This document shows positions 55,307 through 64,000 of a stretch of DNA of 64,000 nt, piece by piece. Numbering within the stretch: the first letter of the stretch is position 1; each line of letters opens with the position of its first letter. Origin of the DNA: an uncultured Candidatus Altimarinota bacterium (lineage in GTDB: Bacteria > Patescibacteriota > Gracilibacteria > BD1-5 > UBA6164); contig CAUQKR010000002.1 of NCBI GenBank assembly GCA_963518665.1, forward strand, positions 27-64,026, in the 5' to 3' direction. The notes beneath the pieces are model-generated. The model did no database searches, was not told the DNA's origin, and worked only from the letters and a program-made list of their open reading frames with translations. The translations under genes and the position numbers were made by a program.

Positions 55307-56482
55307 TTATCTTGAAACAAAAATCGATAAAATAAAATCCAAAATTTTTCCTCCAAAACCTTTATCTTCTGACACATATCTAAGTTGAACAACTCCAGCA
55401 ACACTTTCACAAAGAATTCAAGCAACTTTTTCTGGAGCAGATCCTGACCCAATTTTTATCACTCTTTCTATTTCTGTTTTCATATTTTTTCACATTTCTT
55501 TATAATACATAGAATTGTACAAAATATGCATATTCATAACATATGAAAATATTTTCTTACCTTCTTGATAAATTCACAAAGCATCAGTTTGTCCTGGTCT
55601 TAAATAATTTGCTACATCTTCATTTGTAGAAATAAAACCAAAAGTAAAAAATGTATTTACTTTATAAATATTTTTTACAAAATCTTCTTTTAAAGTTTTT
55701 CTAAGTTCTCTCAAAAATTCTTTTCAATTGAAAACTATTGTTTCAAAAGGTAATTGTTTATCATAAAGTTCATTTATTTTGTCTCTGATTCTAAGTCTTA
55801 TAAGTCATTTTACATCAGTTACATAAAAAAGCATTTTGTAAGTTGTACTCAAAACATCCCAAGCAAAAGAATTTTGTCTTTCTTTTTCTAAATCAGAAAT
55901 TATTTCCAGGTTTGTATCAATTATTTCCATAAAAGTTTCATAAAATTTTTCTTGTTCTTCTACAGAATATTCTTCTACTTCAGGATTTCATACAACTTTT
56001 GCTCAAAATTCTTCACAAAATTCGTCTACACGATAAGTTGCAGTCAGACAAATATCTTCCAAAACTCTTGAAATATTTATATTTTCAAAAAGATCAAGTG
56101 GACAACTATATTTAAAAGCAAGTTTTTCTCACTCCAAAACAATCAAAGGAAGTCAATTATTGAAATTTATTTCTAAAATTCTTCTCAAAAGTGGAGTTTT
56201 ATTTGCTTCTGAAATATCCAAAAAATCTGCTGAAATCTCAATATTTTCTCCAGAAAAATCTACATCTAAAAATATTTTTTCATGAGGAATTCTGTAAACA
56301 AATTCTGAAACTTGATATTTTTTTACATCTTTTGCAAAAAACTTTAGCATTTCTTGCATTGCTTTTCTATATTCTCATTTTTCTGTAAGAATATCAGTTT
56401 TATCCCAAGATTCATAACAAAAATTTGCTGGTTTTTTAACTAATGGTTTAAAATATTTATAACCAGTTTTCATAAATGACAT
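55307..56482 (-). CDS. hypothetical protein with N-terminal YbjN/T3SS-chaperone-like domain and unknown C-terminal domain (391 aa)
   Basis: ...YQVSEFVYRIPHEKIFLDVDFSGENIEISADFLDISEANKTPLLRRILEINFNNGLPLIVLEGEKLAFKY.... Lies 24 nt upstream of the protease gene on the same strand. Confidence 0.75.
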
Positions 56483-56544
56483 ATTTTTTTATTTTAAAAA
56501 ATAATTTTCCTTATTATAAGCTTTTTTTACAAAAAGTAAAATTT

Positions 56545-56808
56545 TTATTTATTTATTTTATTTATTTTAAGAACTTTTAATCTAGAAGTTTCTCCAGAAA
56601 TTATAGAAATTTTTGATTTTTCTATTTTTAGTTTTTTACTCAAAAAATTTATAATTTCTTTATTTACTTTTCATTTTTCTGGAACTCACCTCGATTTTAT
56701 TTTTATTGTTCAATCTTCCATCTCTCAAACTATTTCTGTTTTTTGTGAATTTGGAACAACTTTTATTGTAAAAACTCAAGCATCAGAAATATATTTTTGC
56801 AAATCCAT
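56545..56808 (-). CDS. yggU: YggU (DUF167) family protein (87 aa)
   Basis: MDLQKYISDAGVFTIKVVPNSQKTEIVGEMEDGTIKIKSRGVPEKGKVNKEIINFLSKKLKI... Confidence 0.8.
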
Positions 56809-56876
56809 AAAAAATATTTTATTTTTTAAATTTTTTGTATATAATAGCTCAAAAAAATATAATTTCAATAAAAAAT

Positions 56877-57965
56877 ATGAAAATTTGAATTGACTTAAGA
56901 TTTTTAAATAATGATATTTATTCAAGATTTATTTTAAAATTGGTAAAATCGATTGTAGAAACAAAAAAAGAAGATGATTTTATTATTTATACAAATATTT
57001 ATTTACAATCTCTAATTTTAAAAAATACAACTATAAAAAAAGTTGATATAAAAATCGGAAGTTTATCTGAACAAACAAAATTTAAAAAAATTCTGAAAAA
57101 TGATAATCTCTGACTTGCTATTTTTTTCAACCATTTTAAACCAATTTTTTATAAAAAAGATTATATTCTTTTAGTTTGAGATTTAAAAGATTTATATTAT
57201 TCAAATTTTTCTAGTCAAATTGAAAAATATAAATTCCAATATTTGCTTTCAAAAAATATTCAAAATGCTTTTAAAATAATTTGTCTTGACAAGATAACAA
57301 AAAATGAACTAATTGAAAGATTTAATATAAATGAAAATAAAATTTTTATAATTGATTGATTTTTCCCCAAAAAATCTGATTATGATTATGAAATTTTGGA
57401 AGATGAAGAAGAAAATTTTTTGGTAAATATAAAAACAAAATACAATATAAAAAATAAATATTTTGTATTTTCTGCTTGAGATTCGATAGAAAAAAATTAT
57501 GAAAAACTAATAAAAGTTTTTTCTAGACTAAAAACAAATTGATATGAAATTGATTTAGTTTTTTTATGAACAAATATTTGAGCAAATATAAATCTGAGAA
57601 ATATGATTTTAGAGTACTCTTTACAAGAAAATATTTTTTTCCTTTGAAGTCCAGCTTTGAAAGAAAAAAAACTTATCTATAAAGAATCTCTCTGAGTAAT
57701 TTTTCCAAGTTTATATGAACCTTTTCCTTTTAGATTAACTGAACCACTTTATTTTGACACTCCAATCTTGAGTTCAAATTTGAAAAAAATTGAAAGTATT
57801 TTTGGTGATGAAATAAAATATTTTTCACCAATTTCTGTAAATAGTATTTATTCTGAAGTTGAAAATTTTATAAAAAATCCTATTTCAAATCCAGATTATT
57901 CAAAAATAAAAGAAAAATATACAAAACAAAATACAACAAATCAATTTTTAGAAGTAATTGAATAA
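56877..57965 (+). CDS. glycosyltransferase family 4 (362 aa)
   Basis: MKIGIDLRFL... and ...GVIFPSLYEPFPFRLTEPLYFDTPILSSN. Track piece 57768-57965 is in frame. Confidence 0.75.
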
Positions 57966-57966
57966 T

Positions 57967-58656
57967 ATGTTAACCGAAAGAAATATAAAAATTTTAAAAA
58001 TAATTGTAGAAGAATATTTGCAAACTTGAGAAGTTATCTGAAGTAAACTTTTGCTAAAAAAATACGATTTGTGAGTTTCTCCTGCAACTGTCAGAAATGA
58101 TATGGCAATTTTGGAAAATTTAGAGCTTGTTTATCAGCCTTATCACTCAGCTTGAAGACTTCCAACAACAAAATGAATAAGAGCTTTTGTAGATTTTTTG
58201 ATGAAATCAAGCCCAAATTATTTTTTGGAAAATGAAGAAAGTAAAAACTTCCAAAAAGTAGAAAATTTTTATGATTTAGCAAATAAAATAAGTTTTGATT
58301 TAGCAAGAAAAACTGAAGAGATAGCTTTTTTTATAATTCCTGAAAATAATTTACTAGAATATTCTGGAACTTGAGTTTTTTTGGAAAATAATTATAAAAG
58401 ACTTTGAGAAAGTATTTTTTCAATTGTAAAAATGCTAGAAGAAAAGCAAAATTTTATAAAATTTATAAATTCTCATAATTTCACTTCAAATATAAACACA
58501 ATTATTTGAGAAGAAAATATTTTGTCTTTTTTAAAAGATTACACAATTATAATCAAAAGTGTAAATATTTGAGATAAAAAAGTTTTCATATGAATAATCT
58601 GAAGTTTAAAAATGAATTATAGCTTCAATATAAAAGCAATAGAATCAATTTTTTAA
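57967..58656 (+). CDS. hrcA: heat-inducible transcription repressor HrcA, short form (229 aa)
   Basis: MLTERNIKILKIIVEEYLQTGEVIGSKLLLKKYDLGVSPATVRNDMAILENLELVYQPYHSAGRLPT... Confidence 0.8.
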
Positions 58657-58673
58657 AAAAATTGATTTTTTTT
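58643..58673 (+). terminator. intrinsic terminator after hrcA
   Basis: aatcaatttttt aaaaaaattgatttttttt. Confidence 0.75.
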
Positions 58674-58722
58674 ATTTTTGTGTTATAATGAGAAAGCCTT
58701 TAAATAAATTTTTTGAAGGAGG
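58662..58722 (+). promoter_or_regulatory. promoter (TTGATT-16-TGtTATAAT) and 5' UTR with a strong SD for the 35-aa peptide gene
   Basis: -35 at 58662-58667, extended -10 at 58681-58689, GAAGGAGG at 58715-58722 (6 nt before the ATG). aagcct (58694-58699) can pair with aggctt (58720-58725), which overlaps the SD. Confidence 0.55.
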
Positions 58723-58728
58723 CTTATT

Positions 58729-58836
58729 ATGAGCAAATTTTTATTTTTAGGATCTTTGATCTGTGGGGCTTCTTATTTTGTGATTTTATCTTTTACTATT
58801 AATTTAATATTAGAAATGATAAAATTAGTAAACTAA
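58729..58836 (+). CDS. 35-aa hydrophobic single-TM peptide
   Basis: MSKFLFLGSLICGASYFVILSFTINLILEMIKLVN. Has its own promoter, a strong SD and its own terminator. Confidence 0.6.
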   Translation: MSKFLFLGSLICGASYFVILSFTINLILEMIKLVN

Positions 58837-58846
58837 GAAGTTTAAT

Positions 58847-58879
58847 AAAAAAAGAGAATATTTATTATTCTCTTTTTTC
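58847..58879 (+). terminator. intrinsic terminator after the peptide gene
   Basis: aaaaaagagaata tttat tattctctttttt. Confidence 0.8.
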
Positions 58880-58936
58880 TTTGAAAAAAAATATTTTTTT
58901 GTATAATATGAAAAATATTTTTTAAAAAATAAAAAT

Positions 58937-59485
58937 TTGGCAACTTTTAAAGACAAGGCTATAGTTATAAAAGTAAAAAAAATCTGAGAAAAAGATTTAT
59001 TATATACTCTTTTTTCTTATGAATATGGAAAAATTATGGTAAGTAAAAAATTTAATAAAAAAGAAAAAAATATTGATTTGTGATATATTATAAATTTTGA
59101 AATAACAACAAAAGAAAATATTTCAATTCATAAAATCAAAAATGTAAAAATAAAATCTGAGTTTCGTCCAGAAAATAAAAGTTTTTTTGAGATAAATTTT
59201 TATTTAGAAATTTTGAGTTTGATTTTGAGGGAAACTATTGATTGAGTGCAAAATAAAGAAATTTTTTGAATAATCGAACTTTTAAACAAAAAAGAAAAAA
59301 TAGATGAAATAAAACTTATTTTAGCAAAAATAAAAATAAAATTTTTATTTTGAATTTTATGAATAGAACATAAAAACCAAACAATCGAAAAAATACTAAA
59401 ATTTTCTTACAACCACAAAATAAATGATATTTTTAAATTAACTTGAATAAATGAAGATTTGAAAAATATTTTAGAAAAATTATAA
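58937..59485 (+). CDS. recO: DNA repair protein RecO-like (182 aa), TTG start
   Basis: (TTG)ATFKDKAIVIKVKKIGEKDLLYTLFSYEYGKIMV... is a RecO-type N-terminal OB fold. There is no in-frame ATG nearby. The assignment is weak. Confidence 0.55.
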
Positions 59486-59513
59486 AAAAAAGACTTATTT
59501 TAAAGTCTTTTTT
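59485..59513. terminator. bidirectional terminator
   Basis: aaaaaaaagactt atttta aagtctttttt. Confidence 0.8.
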
Positions 59514-60192
59514 AAAAAGTAAGATTTTCTCTTAAATTTTCCATAAGTTTTTTATCCACTGGAGAAATATTTTTTGGCATCAAAGCTTCTATTTTTACAA
59601 TTAAATTTCATTTTTTCCCAGAAATATTTTTTCAAAAATCTTTTACTCTAAACTTTGTTCCAGGTTTTGTTGCTTCTGGAATTTTTAATTTTGCTTTTTC
59701 ACCGTTATATCAAGTTACTTCAATATAACAACCTAAAATTAAATCAAAAATCGGAACTTCATAAATTTTTTCAAAATCAAGGCTTTCTTCCTTTTTTTCT
59801 GTTTTAGTCTCTGTTCCTCAAAATCAAAATAAATCTTCTATATTAAAATTAAATCAAGAACTTCTTGTATTTGTTCTTCTTCAGCTTCAAAAATTTGAAA
59901 AAATATCTTCAAATCAACTAAATCCTGAAGTTCATCAAAATCCTGCTCAATTTCAAGAAAAAGGATTTCCAGAAGTTCATGCATTTCAAAAAGTATCATA
60001 ATTTTTTCTTTTTTTCTCATCTGATAAAACTTCATAAGCTTGTCAAATTTCTTTAAATTTTTCCTCAGCTTCTTTATTTCATTTATTTCTATCAGGATGA
60101 TATTTCATTGCAAGTTTCCTGTAAGCCTTTTTTATTTCATCTTGAGTTGCAGTTTTTTCAACTCATAAAATTTTGTAAAAATCATTTGACAT
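59512..60192 (-). CDS. DnaJ/CbpA-like J-domain co-chaperone without the zinc finger (226 aa)
   Basis: [36 protein letters not shown]..., then a G/F-rich linker in which most Gly are TGA, then a C-terminal substrate-binding-like domain. Confidence 0.88.
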
Positions 60193-60248
60193 TTTATATT
60201 TTTTAGTTATAAATATATATATAATTTTTTAAAAGTAATTTTTTATAT

Positions 60249-60695
60249 ATGAGAAAAATTTCTAGTATTATAATCAGTTTTATAGTTTTTTCAATATTTT
60301 CTTTTACAAATGCTTCTGAATGACTTTTAGAACAAAATCTAGATTTAAACTATTGACCAGAAAGCTTTGAATTAAGTTTAAGTACTATTTGAAATTATAA
60401 ATTTAATAATAAAAATAATCAAAATACTTTTATAAATTTTCAGTACTTAAACAATACTTTGAGAGAAAATCTAATAAAAGCAAATCAGGAATGAAAATTT
60501 ACTTCAAATAAAATAAATTGATTGGTTAGAGAATATAATCTTTTTATTTACCATACAAATAAACTTTTTGAATATATTTCAATAAAAGAAAAAAATCCAA
60601 AATATAGTGATACAAATATAGCAATTTCAAAAAATTATAAATCTGCAAGAAGTTATTTTGAAAAATTAAAAAATATTTTTTATTCAAAAAATTAA
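60249..60695 (+). CDS. hypothetical secreted protein (148 aa)
   Basis: MRKISSIIISFIVFSIFSFTNASE signal peptide. TAA 60693-60695. Confidence 0.65.
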
Positions 60696-60727
60696 AAAAA
60701 TAAGAGAAAAATTTCTCTTATTTTTTT
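60694..60727. terminator. bidirectional terminator
   Basis: aaaaaataagagaaa aa tttctcttattttttt. Confidence 0.8.
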
Positions 60728-63234
60728 GTTTTATTTTTTTGCTTTTGCTCTTTTTGAGATTTTTGTTCTTCTTTTTTATTATTTATATTGTGATTATTTT
60801 CATTTTCAGAAAGTTTTTTTTGCCTTTCTTTTTCTTTTCTTTCTTTCTCTTTTTGTTTAAATTCTTCTTTTTTCTTTTCCCAAGCTTTTTCTTGATTTGA
60901 AATATCCATAATACTTTTATTTATTCTTTCCTCAACCAAAAATCTTGAAACAGAATATTTTTCTCTACTTACTTTCAAAATATTTTCGTATCTTTTTAAA
61001 AAAATATGTTCATCTTTTTGATTCGGAGAAAAAGTTCAAGCAGAAAAAACTGAACTAGGCATTCAATCAATCAGTTGTTTTATATAAATATTATATTTTT
61101 TTAGATTCATCAAATCTTCTTCATTTATTTCTCAAGCTAAAACTTCTTTCAAAATCGAAGCATCATGAAATCAAACTTGAAACGAAACAATCGAACCAAC
61201 ATTTCAAAAAACTGCTCATCTTACACTTTCCTGCATTTGGTCAATATATTGATTTGCCATAACAAGGTTCAATTTATATTTTCTAGCTTCTGACAAAATA
61301 GTTGCAAAAGAATCAGTAGCAAAATTTTGAAATTCATCTACATAAAGATAAAAATCAACTCTCTCACTTTCTGGAATATCTGCCCTACTCATTGCATCAA
61401 GCTGAAATTTTGTAACCATCATGGAACCAAGTAAACTTGAAGCATCTTCTCAAATTTTTCATTTTGAAAGATTTATAATAACTATTTTTTGATTATCCAT
61501 AGCCCATCTGATAGAAAATGTATTTTTTGTTTGTCACAAAACATTTCTCAAAATCGAGCTTGATAAAAATTGTCAAACTTTGTTTAAAATAGGTCAAACT
61601 GCTTCTTGTTTTTGATTTGGAGCCATTTTTTCAAACTCACTTTCCCAAAATTTTTTTACAACTGGATCTTTTACTTTTGCTACAACTTTTTGTCTATAAA
61701 GTTCACTTGTCAAAACCATTGGAATAGAAAGTAAATTTGAATTTGGAACTTCAAGTAAAGATAAAATTGTATTTCTCAAAATATATTCAAGTCTAGGTCA
61801 CCAAGAATCTCCAAAAATTTTTTTAAAAATTCATACAAGTCCAGAAGCAACAAGAGGCCTATGTTCCGGGGAAATATCTTCAAGCATATTAAAAGAAATA
61901 GGCCATTCTGTATCACTTGGATCAAAAATAATTGTTTGATTTGTTCTAGATTTTGGAATAAATCAAATAACTCACTCAGCTAAATCTCCATGTGGATCGA
62001 TAACTGCAACTCATCTTCATTTTCTTATATCATCGATTATCATATTTTCCAAAAGTGTAGATTTTCACATTCAAGTTTTTCAAAGAATATACATATGTCT
62101 TCTTCTATCACTTGGTCAAATTCAAAAACTCATATTTGTTCATCTGAAATTTGTGACTCAAATTGGTGTTAATTCATTTTCTACTTCTATTGAATCAGTT
62201 AAATCTGGATCAATTATTGGTAAATTTGAAGGTGGTTCAAAAGTACGAGCAGAAACCCAATTTATTTGTGGAGTTTTTACATAAGAAGTTGGCAAATGTA
62301 CAAGTCAAGCTAATTCATCTGTAGTCAAAACAATTTTTTCTGAAACTTCTCTATTTTTAGCTGACAAAATATTTTTTTCATCATCAGAAATCTCTTTTAA
62401 AACAAAAGAATTTATTTTTAGGTTATCAAAAATCGTAAAAGTAGAAAAAATCTCTTTTATTGATCATGTTGACTCTATTTTATCCTCTCAAGCATGAATA
62501 ATATTTATTGAAACATTATATCAAATTTTTTTCAATTTTGCTTCAATAATTGCTTTTTTTTCATCTTCTTTTTCATCTTTTTTTTCTTCAACATTTCTAA
62601 AAATTATTTTTATAAATATTTTCCAAAGTATAACAAAAGGAAAAAGTAAGATTTTTATAAAAATATATTTCTTTGAAAGTTTAAAATTTTTTATAAAATC
62701 TGAACTATCAGAAAGTAAAATTTCTATAATTTTTTCACTATTTTTCTTCCATTTTTTTTCATCTTCTGGTTCAAAATTTATTTGAACTGTATTCAGAGTA
62801 TATTTCCCAGCTCTAGAAATAGCAGAAGTAAGAGAAGAATAAGGATCTGCAACTTCGTTTGAAGTTGATTCTAAAACTTCTGTAAAAGTTTTTATAGGAA
62901 AATAAGAATGATTTTTTAAAGAAATTTTTCAAATTTTTATTTTTTCATTTGGAATTTTTTCTAAATAATCTCAAACTTCAATTATTTCCACATTTGAATA
63001 ATGTGCATAAATTTGATTTTGTAAAAAATTTGAATATTTTTCTGGAGACACAATAAAAAACCTGATTCTGTTTGCAATTTTTGTTATTTCAAAAGAAAAA
63101 GCAGAACTATTATCAACATCTTTTTTCTTAAAGTCTTCATAAACTTTATTTAAAATAATCAAAATATGCTCAAAAACAGCAGGTCATTTAACATTATTTT
63201 TATCCACAAGAATTTCTAAAATTTTTTTTGTCAT
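60718..63234 (-). CDS. VirD4/TraG/TraD-like type IV coupling-protein-type ATPase with Lys/Glu-rich tail (838 aa)
   Basis: One internal TM segment. Walker A ILGKTGMGKST, YLYVDEFQNFATDSFATILSEARKYKLNLVMANQYIDQ. All four track pieces (60718, 61216, 61594, 62971) share one frame. Confidence 0.85.
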
Positions 63235-63279
63235 AAATTATTTTTTTTAATTTAGAAAATTTTTTTTATTTTATCATTT

Positions 63280-63732
63280 TTAATAATTTAATGCAAATTT
63301 TTGAGCAAAAATTCAATGTTTACTACATCTAACTCTGATTTCCACATCATCCAAATCATAATCATCAAAAACTACAAAAGTATCATCATCAATTTTTAAA
63401 AATTTTTCTTCAACTAAATCTCAATATTCATCAAAAAGTGATATAGAAAGAAGCCTATGTTCTTCTTCCATAGGATGAGAATTATCTCAAACTATAACTT
63501 CAATTTTTCTATTTTTATAATTTATTTTTATAAAATGTTCAAGCTCAATTCTATCTCTTGTGTTTTCATCTATATAAATAACTTCTTCTTTTACTTGGAA
63601 AAAAGGATCAACTTCAAAACAAACAGGACAACAATCCAAGTCATCAACTCTAGTTCCACATTCTATTTCTTCTGATTCATCTCCAGCAGATTCATCATAA
63701 ACATAACCACAATTTGTACAAAGGTATTTCAT
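63280..63732 (-). CDS. rubredoxin-like domain fused to a superoxide reductase (SOR/desulfoferrodoxin-type) domain (150 aa)
   Basis: CTNCGYVY...CCPVC, then SHPMEEEH and RCSKHG (SOR iron ligands). Track ORF 63487-63732 extended through TGA to TAA 63282-63280. Confidence 0.7.
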
Positions 63733-63796
63733 ATTTTCTTTTGATAAAATTAATTTTTTGATTATTATTTTATAAATATTTTAAAAAAATTCAAGT

Positions 63797-64000
63797 ATGA
63801 AACAAAATTTTGATGAAAAAAATTTTTTAGATTTTAAAAAAGAATTTTCTGTAAAAGAAGATTTCTCAGAAATAGAAAAAAATTATCTAGAAAAAACTTA
63901 TAAATATATTTCCTTTATAAAATGGCTTCCCTGACTAAAAATGATAGGAATATGAAATAGTTTAGCAATGAAAAGTGCAAAAAAATCTTCTGATATTGAC
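63797..64000 (+). CDS. hypothetical protein, 5' fragment; possible nucleotidyltransferase fold
   Basis: MKQNFDEKNFLDFKKEF...IKWLPGLKMIGIGNSLAMKSAKKSSDID (GxGNS...SDID pattern). Runs off the right edge. Confidence 0.5.

Noticed and set aside
59838-60035. Track ORF (-, 65 aa) MKFYQMRKKEK....
   Set aside because: It is an alternative frame of the DnaJ-like gene (59512-60192). The J-domain frame with HPD and the G/F linker is clearly the real one.

Overview
Very AT-rich bacterial chromosome segment that only reads as coding sequence if TGA is translated as glycine (translation table 25). By inference it comes from a Gracilibacteria (BD1-5) or Absconditabacteria (SR1) type genome. The supplied standard-code ORF track is therefore fragmented, and several of its ORFs are antisense artefacts. 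I re-derived gene models by hand with TGA as sense and checked that start and stop codons share a frame.

Housekeeping genes: rpoC, rpoB, mltG, tgt, malic enzyme, tRNA-Glu(CUC), rplK, a class B PBP, rpsO, cysS, an L,D-transpeptidase, an M48 protease, greA, nusG, secE, recQ, mnmA, yggU, hrcA, recO and a DnaJ-like protein.

Accessory content is mostly cell-surface related:
- Two tandem cassettes, each a 368-aa lipoprotein plus a roughly 900-aa secreted Cys-rich protein (8.2-16.2 kb).
- A 9.4-kb glycan-assembly block next to tRNA-Glu, including a 1122-aa polytopic membrane protein.
- Three prepilin-type genes. One is a giant pilin-like gene interrupted by a G10 homopolymer.
- A PilB/GspE ATPase, an LPXTG protein, and an orphan VirD4/TraG-like ATPase.
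- A cytoplasmic two-gene module: a serine protease with Zn ribbon and chaperone-like domain, plus a partner carrying the same kind of chaperone-like domain.
- A promoter/SD/terminator-delimited 35-aa hydrophobic peptide gene.

No rRNA, CRISPR array, transposase or integrase was seen. Almost every gene boundary carries an A-tract/stem/T-tract palindromic terminator. All functional calls are motif recognition by eye; no database search was possible.
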